Shown: positions 1-11,988 of the stretch, in pieces | How positions within the stretch are numbered: position 1 is the stretch's first letter | How the letters are laid out: every line of letters begins with the position of its first letter | DNA from: Octopus bimaculoides | Taxonomy: Eukaryota | Length of the DNA stretch: 64,000 nucleotides | Assembly: GCF_001194135.2 (NCBI RefSeq) | Contig: NC_068989.1 | Coordinates: forward strand, 29,626,355-29,690,354 | Direction of reading: 5' to 3' | The notes under the pieces: generated by a model | What the model saw: only the letters and a program-made list of their open reading frames with translations | Databases searched by the model: none | Told to the model about the DNA's origin: nothing | Made by a program: the position numbers and the translations under genes

Positions 1-48
<48 letters not shown>
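1..48. repeat. (TA)n microsatellite
   Basis: Pure TA run at window start. Confidence 0.95.
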
Positions 49-50
<2 letters not shown>

Positions 51-114
51 ATATAAGATATATATATTATATGTATATACATACATGATAACCATTACTC
101 TACATTTAGATATA

Positions 115-760
115 TCAATAAATGCAACAATACTGGGCTTAGTAAATGAATTTGATATCTAAAGGAACATAAACATGATAAAGGTAAATCCTTTTGTCCG
201 CTCTGTACCAAAGAACAGTATCTCATACTGTTCTTAGAGAATTCTCTTATAAACACCTTTAAATAACGCGTTTAACATTGCAAACGTTGACAAAAGCATA
301 CCTTTAGTTCCTATAAGTAGTTTCTACCAATCTATAAAATTCGACTTTTGACTGTCTCCTTGCATTTCATTTCCACTACATACATCTATTTACAAGCCTT
401 TAAACTTTATTTCCATTCATCTATTGCACCATATTTCTCTACTCTTAATTTTCTGTTAATTTCTTTCTTCCTCCTCCTTTTCTTTTTCTAAATTGCCTTT
501 GATGTTAAATTTATTAACAGTTTTTAAAAAATAACTTGCTAGCGTTATCTTCATCATATACGCGGTAATCACATTTGGTTAAAATGGCTTATTGATGTGT
601 TTTGTTTCTTTTTTTTTCCATGACGAGATGATTACATTGTTTTACATCATTTTATTCCATCAGGAATAATACCAATGTTTTCTTCGAAACATATGTCAGA
701 AGTATAAAGATTTGAATAACACTTGCATTTAACTCCATTTCTTAATTTATATATATATCT
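115..760 (+). mobile_element. Penelope-like element 3' remnant (GIY-YIG C-terminus, 3' UTR, hammerhead)
   Basis: 156-266 reads YLKEHKHDKGKSFCPLCTKEQYLILFLENSLINTFK*, resembling the CxLCxxE C-terminal motif of PLE GIY-YIG endonucleases; followed by a pyrimidine-rich UTR and an HHR-like motif at 616-701. Confidence 0.6.
616..701 (+). ncRNA. Degenerate type I hammerhead motif (C3>A), extended stem II
   Basis: TTCC-aTGACGA-GATG...TATTCC atca GGAATA...CTTC-GAAAC-ATAT-GTC-AGAA. Same family as 1776-1858; their consensus gives a complete core. Confidence 0.6.
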
Positions 761-803
761 ATATACATGTGTGTGTGTGTGTGTGTGCGTGCGTGCGTGT
801 ATA

Positions 804-1665
804 CAGGGGCGATGGGTAAATTGTCACCATTTCATATTTTTAATTTTGTGCATGAGCATTGTTTTTGATTTTGCCAACTACACAGTATAGCAAGGTCAGT
901 TGGGCACCATCAGTGAGAAAAACCACCATGACACAATTCACTCTGCTAGAAATTTGGAAATGACATGCTATATTATTTGGCATTCGTACCAAAAGCTCCA
1001 ATATGAACATTTCAGAGTGTTTGGGTGTCAATCTGAGAACATGTACTGAGATTGATAAAAATCAAACAGCTAGTTAACATCATGGTGTTTGGAGTGATCA
1101 CTAGTGATGGTGACGTTATGCCTCCATTCATTTTCCTACACAAGCCTCAGAGTCAACATGGAGGTCTACATCAAGTGCCTGGAGGAGGCAGTGCTGCCCT
1201 GGGTCAAGAGGGTGGTTACTGGAAGACCTTATGTTTGGCAACAGGACTCTGCACCATGCCACACAAGCAGGAGAACCTAGTCATGGCTGTCAGACAATGT
1301 CTGCGATCACATCACCCCTAATATCTCACCATCTAAGTCCCCAGACTGCAACCCCCTTTATTATTATGTGTGGGGTACAGTTGAGTGAGAGACTAACAAA
1401 AATTCTTGTAACACCAAAGATGAACTGAAGGCAAGGATTATGGAACCATTCGCCAACTTAACCAAGAACGTCCAGAAGAATTGCAAGAAATTCTGAAGTC
1501 ATCTGGAGGCTGTGGTTGAAGCAAATGGTGATTTTATTAAATAAATTTACTCTTTAGTATTTCAAAGTATTTTCATGTAATTTTGGTAAATATATCTTGA
1601 AATGAGATGTCAGTGTTATTTTCATTATTGCATAATTTAGACGACAATTTATTCACTACACCCTA
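804..1665 (+). mobile_element. Internally deleted Tc1/mariner-superfamily element, DD37D (maT-like)
   Basis: Imperfect TIRs (CAGGGGCGATGGGTAAATT / RC TAGGGTGTAGTGAATAAATT), TA flanks, transposase remnant VNIMVFGVITSDGDVMPPFIF; homologous to 45770-46616. Confidence 0.8.
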
Positions 1666-1677
1666 TATATATATATA

Positions 1678-1910
1678 TATAAATAAATAAATAGATTTAA
1701 ATGCAGGTGTTATTCAAATTCTTTTACTTCCGACACATGTTAAAATGTCTTATTGACGAGTTTTATTTCGTCATGTCCCTGAAGAGAAGATTACATTTAT
1801 TTACACCATTTTATTCCTTTGGAATAATACCAATGATAGCTTTAAAACATGTGTCGGAAGTAAAAGAATTTGAATAACACCTGTGTTTAACTCCATTTAT
1901 TTATTTATAT
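1678..1910 (+). mobile_element. Solo PLE terminal repeat with inverted 3' end (fold-back)
   Basis: 1678-1743 is the reverse complement of about 1845-1910; 1743-1910 is a direct homolog of about 583-760 including the HHR. Confidence 0.6.
1776..1858 (+). ncRNA. Degenerate type I hammerhead motif (G12>A)
   Basis: TCC-CTGAAGA-GAAG...TTATTCC ttt GGAATAA...CTTT-aAAAC-ATGT-GTC-GGA. Confidence 0.6.
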
Positions 1911-2224
1911 ATACTATACAAAATATTTCACGTAAACCCGGAGTTTCTACCTTTAAAAACAAAATGTTACGCCCTTTTTACTTGTGTGATTTTTTGCTAC
2001 CCTGGTAACTGTTTATCTATTTTTTCTGTGTTAATTGGAAACAAGGGAAAATACACACATCTATTTATATATACATATATATATATATATATACATACAC
2101 ACATACGTATATAAGTATATATGTATACAGAGAATTCATGCTAAATTTGATGATTGTTTTACACCTTTTTTTCAGGAACAGAATACAATAAGTGCCAAAA
2201 AAAAATTAAAGAAATATGTACTGG

Positions 2225-2305
2225 GATCAATTTGTTCAACTGGAACCCTTCAAGGTGATGCCCCTACATGGCCACAATCCAATAACTGAAACAAGTAAAA
2301 AGACA
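2225..2305 (+). mobile_element. SINE 3' tail fragment
   Basis: Similar to the 3' part of the SINE at 40300-40690 (ttcaact...cttcaag...catggcca.aatcca...tgaaacaagt). Confidence 0.45.
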
Positions 2306-2339
2306 CAGTTTTGGGGCTAAATCTGATGATATTTTGTCT

Positions 2340-3050
2340 TTTTTTTTTAGGAACAGCTTGATATATTGGTGAACAGTCAATGACATTGAAGAGTATAAAG
2401 ATTAAAGTTGTAGTTGAGAAAAAGTTGCTGACATGGAGGACTGAAAGTTATCTGAATACTGGAAAAGAGTTACCTGTATCATGATGATTCACACCAGGCT
2501 GCAGCTTAGTGCTCTGTAAACACTGTAAAAGCTGTGAAATGTGACACGAACTGCTGCAATGGAGAGTTCACCAGAGTTCTGCCGCACACCAGTGTTCTTA
2601 GCTAAATACTTCTCTTGCATCAGTGGTGCTTCTCCCCAGGATGAAGCCAAACTGCATTTCATTTAGTCTAACTCTCACCACAACTTTCATCACCTGGTCC
2701 ATCAATTTGATGCCGCTATAATTACTTCTGTCTAAGGAATCTACCTTGCTCTTGTAGCAGCTGACCATGATGCTGCTACACCCGTCACTAAGGATTACAT
2801 CTTAAATAATCTGATTAACTATATGGGTGACTAGACTGTATCCAACTCTACCAGATATCTTAAGCATCTTAACAGTGACCTCTACTGGACCAGGGTCTTT
2901 CCCTGTCTGCATGTCTTTCCTTATCTATCATACTGCTGTCAACTAGGATAGCTGGTCTCTCTGTTGGGTTCACATGAAGGAGACTCTTCATTCTCCACAT
3001 TTAATAGCCTTCCATAGAGACACTTCTTTTTAGGATGACTAAGAACAAGT
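2340..3050 (-). mobile_element. RTE-clade LINE reverse transcriptase fragment
   Basis: Minus-strand remnants GIKLMDQVMKVV...NEMQFGFILGRSTTDA; nucleotide similarity to 52330-52640. Confidence 0.7.
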
Positions 3051-5350
3051 ATACAATTATGTGTCTATACACACTTCTCTCTCACAGCATCTTGATTCTC
3101 TCTAACACACTGCCTGGCAATCCAAAATAACACAAGTCTCTGATCCTCATGCCCCTTCCTTTCGAAGTCAATAAAGATATTAAACTTAGAAAATTGTGTG
3201 TGTGTGTGTGTATACACACACACACACATGCACAAACACACACACAAAACAGAAGAGACAAAACCATGTAAATGCATATGCATGACAAAAAAGAGCACTA
3301 TTGTGTGAATGTGTGGACATTTATACATACAAATGAATCATGAAGGTGTTCAAGTTATGAATGATATCAAAAGTAATATGATTGTGATCTGATCTGCAAC
3401 TAGAAGTAAAAACTAATACAAGAAAATTATGCGCATAGATACAGAATAGTAGAAAAGAATATTGGCAGCCCTTTATATAGAAATGGCAGACAGTACAGTA
3501 TAGGTGAAAATCTTAAAAGAAGAATGAAATTACATATTGACATTTTCTTCATTTAAATACATTTAAGCAGGGAAAGAGAACATATGAAAGGAAGCTGTTA
3601 AAAAATTTCAAGCAAAAAAATTTCAGAAATGAGTAATTGTTACTAAGGTAGTAATTTTCCTCTTCATCTTTAAAAATGAAACAATTTCAATATTTACATA
3701 TACATTGTGCTTTGAACAGTTTTGATCTCCATTTGTCATCAGGTGTCTTGACTAAATTCAAACTAGGAATGGCTTGCTTCTATCATTTCTGACAATAAAA
3801 AATGTTTAGGAAGAACTCATTTAAGCTGCAATGGGTAGTATCACATATATCAAGGAGCTTCTTTTGCCTTAACCTCCTTGGGTTGGTCAGACGAAATGCA
3901 ATACCAGTATAGCAGAGATAGACAACACAATGAAAGAGTTGCCAAGAAAATCAGCAATGTTTGATTCAAAAACCTCAATGCAACCCTGCACCATTAGGTG
4001 TGATGGAGGGCTTTGACTTCCAGTTGAGTTTATCTGGCCTTATCTGGACAGACACCATTTTTGTCTTGTCAGAGTGTCCATCTACTTTCCACACACCAAA
4101 GTGGTGGTGTCACTTTAATTACCAATGGCCCAGATGCGAAATAAATATTATTGGTTTACATGATTATCTGTAGTAGATAGTTTTTTATCTGACTCAATTG
4201 AAACTAGGAACTTTATTTCTATGTTACAAGTCATAATACTCTTATCCATTGTGCCACTAAACCCTTGGCTTAGAAATAAAGGTTCCTAAGTCAAACTCAG
4301 TTGGTACTATGTACATGTTCAAAAGTAAGATGCATGGTGACAATAGGAAATAAAACTACTTGACACATCAGAGATGTAAATATAAAACAAATATTTCATG
4401 TTTGCAGATGAGGGTATTAGCCATCAAAATTACACTCATATGTTAGTTGGTTTTTTAGTATTTTAGATACATTTTCATCAAGCGATAGGTGTTTGGCTGA
4501 GAAGAAACTAGAAAATTTGCATTTTGATATTATGTTGAGTATAAACTATGTTCAACAAAGAATTGTCATCTCAGAATTGTATAGATGATGTTACGAGATT
4601 CTAAATTTTAAAGAGCTTCCTTGTTTATAAAGTTTAGATTATACGATATAAATGTATTTAGTTTGAATTAATGATTAGATTTTCAAATTACTCTTGCTTC
4701 ATTATTAAGATATTTTGGAAATCTGAAAACTGGAACTCCAATAAAGTAGAAAAAATGTTAAGGAATTTAAAGATGTTCTTTTCAAAAATATGCTTAAATA
4801 GACTACAGAATGTTTAAATTTTCAAATATTTTTTACAAGAGTAAAATTTTGATAAAGAAACAAGAAAAATAATTCTAATATCAGAATTTCATTATGATTG
4901 GAAGCATCTTCTTTTTACTTGTTAACATTAAGAACAGTTACACATAAAGGTAATAAAAGCTGGCTCCATTAGTCTAATTAATGAGTTCTTCCACATTAAT
5001 GAATTAATGCAATTTTGCTTGGGGACATCTAAATACTGACACATTAATATCAGATTTTATTAGAAATTTCACTTTCCTTGGTACCAAGTGGAAACATTAA
5101 AAATATATTCTTGTATTATTTCTCAACATTCTAATTTTCTGCTTTTTATCTGTTTTCAGAATTTAATGCCATTGTTGTCAAAATCTTTGATCCAATTTAT
5201 GCCTTTCATTACAATTCTTAATATCACTTCCAAACAAACTTTCTGAAAAGATATAGATTTTCAGGCGGCAGGGAGGGGGGAAAGAGAGAGAGAGAGGGGG
5301 TGGGAGAATTTCTGATTTTGTTCTATCATAGAAATAACAAAACCACTCAC

Positions 5351-5539
5351 ATCCTTAAGCTTCTCCTCGTATCTTTCTTGTGCTTCAAACCATTTCAACA
5401 TGCTGGGTCGAGCACCCAAGGATTGTCGAGAATATTCACGAGAGAAATGAGAAGCAAAATGTTTATTCTTGTTATGTCCTGTACTATTCCACCGAGGCTG
5501 AAGACATTTTTCTTGGTTAGTTTGGGAATCACCATTTTC
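5351..5539 (-). CDS. PARD3: par-3 exon (equivalent to PARD3 exon 5), phase 0-0, 63 aa
   Basis: acag|GAAAAT...AAGGAT|gtgagt; ENGDSQTNQ...FSREYSRQSLGARPSMLKWFEAQERYEEKLKD resembles PARD3 [25 protein letters not shown]; phase matches the preceding exon. Confidence 0.88.
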
Positions 5540-6503
5540 CTGTTATACGACACAAGCATATTTGAAACATAATAATAAAGCAGAAAATTTCCTTTGGTTC
5601 ATTAACAGATAGCAAATAACTGTTCTTTGATGAAATATTGCTAAGAAAAGATATTAAAAAAAATAACATCCAATTTTTTTCTGATACCTTCATTGTATGT
5701 AAATATAATATATTCAATTCAATCTGAGGTTTAACTTTTTCTTGCTTAGAGGCCAAATATTTGGATTCTGTTGTCAGATAGTCCTTCACAGAGATAGGAT
5801 ACTAGAATATTTTCTTGAATAAACTAAATAATAGTCTCCAGAATGTAATGCTTCAAAGTTCAACCACCATCATCAAATTTTGATGCATTTCAATTAGCCT
5901 TAGGTTTGAAATAAAATCTTAAGAAATGGGACTTATCATAAAAAAAAAACTAACACTAGTTTTTTTTGTTTTTTTTGTGTAACTGACAAAAGTGCAGAAC
6001 TATTTTCTCCCTTAATAAGTATCTTAAATTCTTAAGGTAAATACATGTGCATTTAAATCCATGCAGTAAAGATTAATTAAACCAAAAGCGGAAACTTAAT
6101 GATATTGCATTTTTAAGGAAGGGAATATTATATATTTAGAAGGTTTAGGAATAATCAGATTTGTGTTAATTGGTATGATGAGAAAGGGTTGTCAGTATCT
6201 ATCTTATATTAGATACAGTTATGTATAATTCATTCAAAGGGTTTTTGCAAAAGATTTTAACTCAGTTGCAAGGATATGAATAAAAGTTTTGAGAAGAAAA
6301 TTGTAAGCTGAAATTTAGATAACTACAAGCGATATTTGAGAAACAAGAGAAAATTATTTTCAGAATTTTTTAAACAAAATTTGACTAAAAAATAATAAAG
6401 AGAGAGATTGATTTACAGTTCTATATTTAAGAGATGAGAAATTATGTACATTATTTGCATTATTTACAACTGACGGATATTTGTCCTCATCTTGTTTGTT
6501 GTT

Positions 6504-6549
6504 AACACAACGTTTCAGCTGATATACCCTCCAGCCTTCATCAGGTGTC
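6504..6549 (-). ncRNA. Minimal type I hammerhead ribozyme, core intact
   Basis: GACAC-CUGAUGA-A-GGCUGG-AGGGUAUA-UCAGCU-GAAAC-GUU-GUGUU: stem I GACAC/GUGUU, 6-bp stem II, palindromic ACGU stem III as in PLE minimal HHRs. Confidence 0.8.
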
Positions 6550-6627
6550 TTGGGGAATTTTCGAACCTGGGTTCTCGTTCCTAAAGTATTTTTTGATGTC
6601 ATTATTATTATTATTATTATTATTATG

Positions 6628-6702
6628 CAGGTTACTGCCTGGAATTGAACTCGGAATCTTGGGGTTAGTAGCCCGTGCTCTTAACCACTACACCATATGC
6701 CT
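6628..6702 (-). promoter_or_regulatory. tRNA-derived Pol III A/B-box module (not a functional tRNA)
   Basis: A box TGGTGTAGTGG, B box GAGTTCAATTCC, D-arm GTGT/GCAC; anticodon and T stems are defective. Confidence 0.7.
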
Positions 6703-7247
6703 GTGGGCAATTATGGAGTGAATTTTTGGGCTTATAAATCTAATATTCTCCTATATTTCCTTAATACTGGTTCCTATATGCTGTTCATATTTGCACTCAG
6801 TCTGCTTAGGAGGTTGTTGTGTCCTAGCATATGTGCTGCTTCTTTTAGTTTTTGTATTTTCCAGTGGTGTTCTCTGTTTATTATTTTAACTTCATCCAAC
6901 AGGGGGAGGTGGTCTCCATTTTTCCATACGTTAATAACACGCCCCAAGCTGACCTTCACTGGACGATACCTCAACTTCAGCTCCCACCATGCATACAGTG
7001 TAAAGAGAGGGATTTCTCAGTGCCTAAAACATCGAACAATGAATATAAGTAGCAATCATGATACCCACCACGAAGAAATGATCAAGCTCAGTAACAATCT
7101 AATAAGAAAACTAAAAGAAGCAGCACATAAGCTAGGACACAAGAACCTCCTAAGCAGACCAAGTGCAGATATGAACAGCATATGGAAACCGGTATTAAGG
7201 AGAATATTAGATTTATAAGCCCTAAAATTCACTCCATAATTGCCCAC

Positions 7248-7322
7248 AGGTATATGGCGTAGTGGTTAAGCGTGCGGGCTATTAACCCCAAGATTCCGAG
7301 TTCAATTCCAGGCAGTGACCTG
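7248..7322 (+). promoter_or_regulatory. tRNA-derived Pol III A/B-box module, second arm
   Basis: TGGCGTAGTGG (7255-7265) and GAGTTCAATTCC (7298-7309); loop CTATTAA is tRNA-Asn-like. Confidence 0.7.
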
Positions 7323-7375
7323 AATAATAATAAATAATAACAACATTGAAAAATACCTTAGGAATGAGAACCCAA

Positions 7376-7421
7376 GACAGCTGATGAAGGCTGGAGGGTA
7401 TATCAGCTAAAACGTTATGTT
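7376..7421 (+). ncRNA. Inactivated copy of the minimal hammerhead
   Basis: CTGATGA intact, but GAAAC reads AAAAC (G12>A) and stem I is disrupted (GACAG/ATGTT). Confidence 0.7.
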
Positions 7422-8659
7422 AACAACAAACAAGATGAGGACAAGTATCCGTCAATTGTAAATAATGTAAATAAAGAGATTGATTTATTTACAAAATAAA
7501 CAGAAGAGTTTTGTTGAAATACAAATATTAACTTAAAATGAAAATTTAAGAAAATCTAAAACAAAAATTAGAAAAATTCAGGCATTTCTTTGATAAATTA
7601 TTTTAAACAAAAAATAATATAATCAAATAATGAACACAGAGTAATGACATAGACACATTTACTGTAACATGAAACTTGTACATTTACATATATTATGATA
7701 ACCAAAAAATGGAAAGAGAAAAGAATGATGATAAAAAGTGTATTATTCAAACATATAACTTCACACATTGAAAGCTAAATGTATAAGAGAAAACAAGTAT
7801 CTAACAAAGATTTTCATGGAGCATTCAACAACCATGTAAATGATATGTTACCAAACACAACAAACTTAAGTAGCTTTTTTGATAAGAAATCTACTCAGTT
7901 AGTCCTTATCGTGAAGTTATGAGAATGGTTATTCTCCCAGGGTTGTCATCAACATATTTATGTATATTTTTTTCTATTATTTAATAGACAAAAAAAAACT
8001 ATATAAGATACTATTTTGATATAATTAATATATATATATATAAACAGCTGAAAAAAAGTATAAAACTTTTTTTTAGATTACACAGTACAAACTTTCATCA
8101 GTGACTGATTTGAAATAGTTGCATATTAGTGGACATACCCTAACATGGAAACCAAAGAAATAACTTGGCATGTCTACTTAAAAGAATATTCCAAATAACA
8201 AAGAGTACTCCTTCCATACACACACACACACACGAGAGAGAGAGAGAGAGAGAAAGAGAGATTTTTACTTGATAAATAAACGTATGTTTTATGTACATTT
8301 ATACTGAATGAAAAGAAAATTATAAAACAGCAATAAGGAAAAGTAGATCAAATAGAAAGTAGAAAACTTAATGAAGATTAATGACAGTTTTATCTGCAAG
8401 ACAACAAAAGAACTTGATATCAGTCACAAATACAATCTCAAGTACAGACAATATTCAGTTGGGAGATAACAGTTTACTCAAAGTAGCTGCTCTCAGTTTC
8501 CATCATGCCTCAAGACAGTTCTGAAATTTGGTACATGCATTTCTCACTGTGTACCTCAAAACATCTCCAAACTTAAATTTTGCCTAAATACCCTCACTCT
8601 CTCTACCTCTTTCTGCATGTGTGTATGTGTTTTTCCTTTCTCAATTCTGTTCCAGGTTT

Positions 8660-9620
8660 TCTATAAGAAGGAGGCCATTAGCATATAATAGTTTGCAAGG
8701 GCAGCAGGTCTTATTCCTCTTCTGACCAGGAGGGCAATGAAAAGGAGGAGACTGAGAACCAAGGCTTTGTGAACTATTTGTAATCTAAATTTATCAGTGT
8801 ACTCATGTCATCTATATCCATCCACCCACTAGGACAATTATTGGGTAGAGTCCTCAGATACTTCCTACATATAGTCGTATCAGAAGTAACTGTCATTAGA
8901 TTTTCCGGACGGATTCTCAAACATAACCAACTGAGACTGTGATATCATCCCGTGATCTTGTTTTTGGTCTACCCCAAGGTTTCTGCTGGATGGCTCAGCT
9001 TGAAGAATCTGCCTTTCCTGTGACATTCTAATCACATGTCCATAATATTGGAGCTGGAACCTCTCAATGTAGAGAAACTCCCTGATCTCTGAGCTATGCA
9101 CCCTCTCGAGTAATGTTACTTCAGAGACCCTTCAGATGAACCCCGTTTTGGTCACTTGTATTCGTGATCATACTCTTTTGGTCATTACCCAACATTCATA
9201 ACCAAAGGTGAGGATAGGCATGCAAAGTGAATTGAAGAGAATGAGTTTGGCTTTTTTTAACCAACTTCTCTTCTGAGGACTGAATGCTGGAGCTGGTGCA
9301 CCTGCATTTCTAGTATCCATTTCTATCTTTCCACTGCTCATGAATATGGTCCTATGATACCTAAAATTCCCCACTTGTCTTAGTTGCACTGGGACAAGTT
9401 TCTTGAAAGGACCAATATCTTGATCTCCACATCACTCATTCTCATCCCAGACTTAGAGACTTACTTGGCTGCAAACCTGTTCAGTACATGCTGGATATCA
9501 CCTTCTGATGAGCCAAATAGCACCATGTCATCAGCAAACATCAGCTGACCGATCCTAACACTCACCAGTTATAATACCACCAGTTGTAATGGGTTGTGGG
9601 CATTAATTAAGGACAGATAT
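8660..9620 (-). mobile_element. RTE-clade LINE 3' fragment
   Basis: LMFADDMVL (RT), QVGNFRY, PILTFGYECW, LQYYGHVIRM. Confidence 0.8.
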
Positions 9621-9689
9621 GGTGCAGGGGCACATACATAGGTAACATGCTTTTAGGGCTTCATTTTTGTTTAAGTAGACAGGTTTTGT

Positions 9690-10200
9690 CAAGCACTGTA
9701 GATTAGTAAGCATTTCAGTCTTTTGTCATCTCCATGCACTTCAACATCTGAAGGTCATTCTTCACCACTTTATACCGTATTTTTCTGAGACTTCCTCTTC
9801 CAAATGTTCCACTCACTTTAAGCAACCAGCACTTCTTTATGCAGTTGTTCTTGTTCATATGCATCACATGACCACAGCAGTGCAGTCTTCTCTCGTGCAT
9901 TACATCTGACACCTCTTAGGTCCCATCTTTCTCTCAACACATTTGTGCTTTGTCATATATGCAAATTGACATTGCCCATCCAAAAGAGCATAAGAAAAAA
10001 TTATTGCACTCACTTGCTGAACATGAACAGCATGCAACTAAAACCCTCACAATACTTCAGTTCTCAGTGACTACCAATCCTCTTGGAAGCTCAAGTTCTA
10101 TTTCCATATCTAGGATGCTGCTGCTACACAGACTGCATCGAAGACTGACCATTTGAATTACTAGTACAAACTTGCTAAGTCTTACCAACCCCTGGACCTA
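9690..10200 (-). mobile_element. RTE (BovB-like) LINE 3' fragment
   Basis: RRLHCCGHVMHM...GRGSLRKIRYKVVKNDL; same family as 29078-30341. Confidence 0.75.
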
Positions 10201-11149
10201 AGATGTGTTGTCTCCTCTTTCTGCTTTTTCTACCACTATTACAGTAGCCATTCTCTTCAGAACTGGCTGGTAATGTGCAGAACCACTTAGAAACTCTCAG
10301 TTCACTCACCTCTATTTCCTATATCATATCCCTTTCCCAGAGTACCACACTATGGGCACAGTCACTTCTCAACCAAATTAAGAATCCTCCACCACCCTGC
10401 TTTGGCTTTTATTTGATTAGAAGTTACTAAAAATTTTGCTTTCATTATCTACTTTGATATAGACAAAATATGGTGGCTTTATGCTAGGTGATAGGATGAT
10501 TAAGTATGATCTGGGGAACAAGAACAGATATCTTGCTGTAGAGGAGAAATAGTTACCTCACTAAGCACACATGTGACCTTTAATATACATTTACTTATTT
10601 AATTAACTAAAAGCATCACTATAATATGATTGTTTATGTATAAAGTGCACAATGGTAACGAAATAGCTAATGAGCTTAAAATCTAATCTTTCAAATATTT
10701 TTATTAATCATCTGAGCACAATTATAAAGTTAGAAGAGAATAAATATTTCTATACTTAAAGATTTATTATGCTTATCTTCACCCTAAATAGAATGTTACA
10801 TATTTTTAACCTGCTAAATATACTAAACTTTATATGCATTATAATGTTCTGTGCTGTTATTTGAAATACATACAGCAATGACTAATAGTAAAGCATTATG
10901 GTAATAGTTTCAATGTATGTTGAAAACACAAAAAATAATTTTTATAGTGAAAATGATCATAGTGAAATTTCAAGGCAATTAAAAAATTGGTAATAGAAAA
11001 TAGTGGAAAGTACATAAATGGTATGGTTTTCATTGAGGAATCAAAGATTTGAATTTTTTAACAGATGGGATTATAAAAGTGGTTGCAAAGTAAGATTGTT
11101 ATTTATTTCTTTTTATAAACAAGATCTATTTCAAAAACCCAAAGAATAC

Positions 11150-11313
11150 CTCTTTTGGAGTCGATGTTTGAAATTCTCTCTCATTTCCAAATGTTGACCA
11201 TCGCTTATGCTTTGAAGCAGGTTCAGGTTTAGTAGCAAAATCAGAAGAGGTTTCAACTTCTCCAAGGTTTACAAGGGCCGGTTCACTACCCCGTCGAACA
11301 TGTAAAGTAGGAC
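11150..11313 (-). CDS. PARD3: par-3 exon (equivalent to exon 4), phase 1-0
   Basis: taacag|GTCCT...AAAGAG|gtattc; GPTLHVRRGSEPAL resembles PARD3 PLHVRRSSDPAL; 164 nt, phase-compatible with both neighbours. Confidence 0.92.
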
Positions 11314-11789
11314 CTGTTAGGAAAAAGAAAAACTGTTCATTAAAATCCAATCTTTCCGGTAAATCATTCAGAATAACTAAATATGAATATGTCTACAAAA
11401 TTATGGCTTATCTGTATAAAAATTTTGCAATTTAATTTTTTTTTTGTAATAAAAGGAAATTAGGAAAAGGTAAGTTGGCACACATGGAAGAGTACTGGAC
11501 AAAATGTAATTAGTTTACAGTCTCACATTTTAGTATTCAAACAGAATCAGAGTCAATAAAATAAGCACTCATACTAGAATCAATTCAATTCGTATCTCTC
11601 GTACAAATCTAATCTTCTGTTTAGTTAATAGAAATTATGATAAAACATAAAACTTTGCATGCAGTTAATACTATTTGCAAAAGCTAGCCCAGCCTTTCAT
11701 CATTAGGGTTCAGTAAGTACCTTTCATACACTGGTGTCGATTCAATTAATCACACTTCAAGATCATTATTATAATGAAGGTTATATTAC

Positions 11790-11988
11790 CTGAAAGAACA
11801 TCTTCTAAAGTGACAACAACACCATTATCTGTTTGACTGGATGCTTTAAAATCTCCATTGCTAGAATTAGTGGGACCATTATTATTTTGGAAGATATCTG
11901 GACTTGAAGTTCCAACAGAGCTTGCACTAGCTCCATCTCCATTGTTGAATACATGGTTCCTCTCTGTTTCATCATAAATGGCTATCAA
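11790..11988 (-). CDS. PARD3: par-3 exon (equivalent to exon 3), phase 0-1
   Basis: ttatag|TTGATA...TTTCAG|gtaata; LIAIYDETE...GDGASASSVGTSSPDIF resembles PARD3 LVAVFDEQD...GDGTSASSTGTQSPEIF; 199 nt. Confidence 0.93.

Larger units (their letters stand above)
6416..7474. mobile_element. Inverted (fold-back) Penelope-like element with 13-bp TSD
   Basis: Arms about 6451-6852 and 7107-7474 are reverse complements; TSD AGAGATTGATTTA at 6403-6415 and 7475-7487; RT-thumb remnant FTGRYLNFSSHHAYSVKRGISQCL (+) and GIY-YIG C-terminus DEVKIINREHHWKIQKLKEAAH (-). Confidence 0.88.

Noticed and set aside
3715-3755. Possible hammerhead on minus strand (GACAC-CTGATGA...AAAAC)
   Set aside because: No pairing stem II, G12 missing and no matching stem I.
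1-5350. par-3 exon 6 or PDZ1 exons
   Set aside because: No minus-strand segment with splice sites and Par-3 similarity was recognised.
6697-7218. 173-aa ORF as a novel gene
   Set aside because: Chimera of the antisense arm, PLE RT thumb and GIY-YIG end created by the inversion.
6628-7322. Two tRNA genes
   Set aside because: Anticodon stem is short, T stem has two mismatches, anticodons differ between arms (ACT vs ATT), and both lie inside a PLE; treated as tRNA-derived promoter modules.
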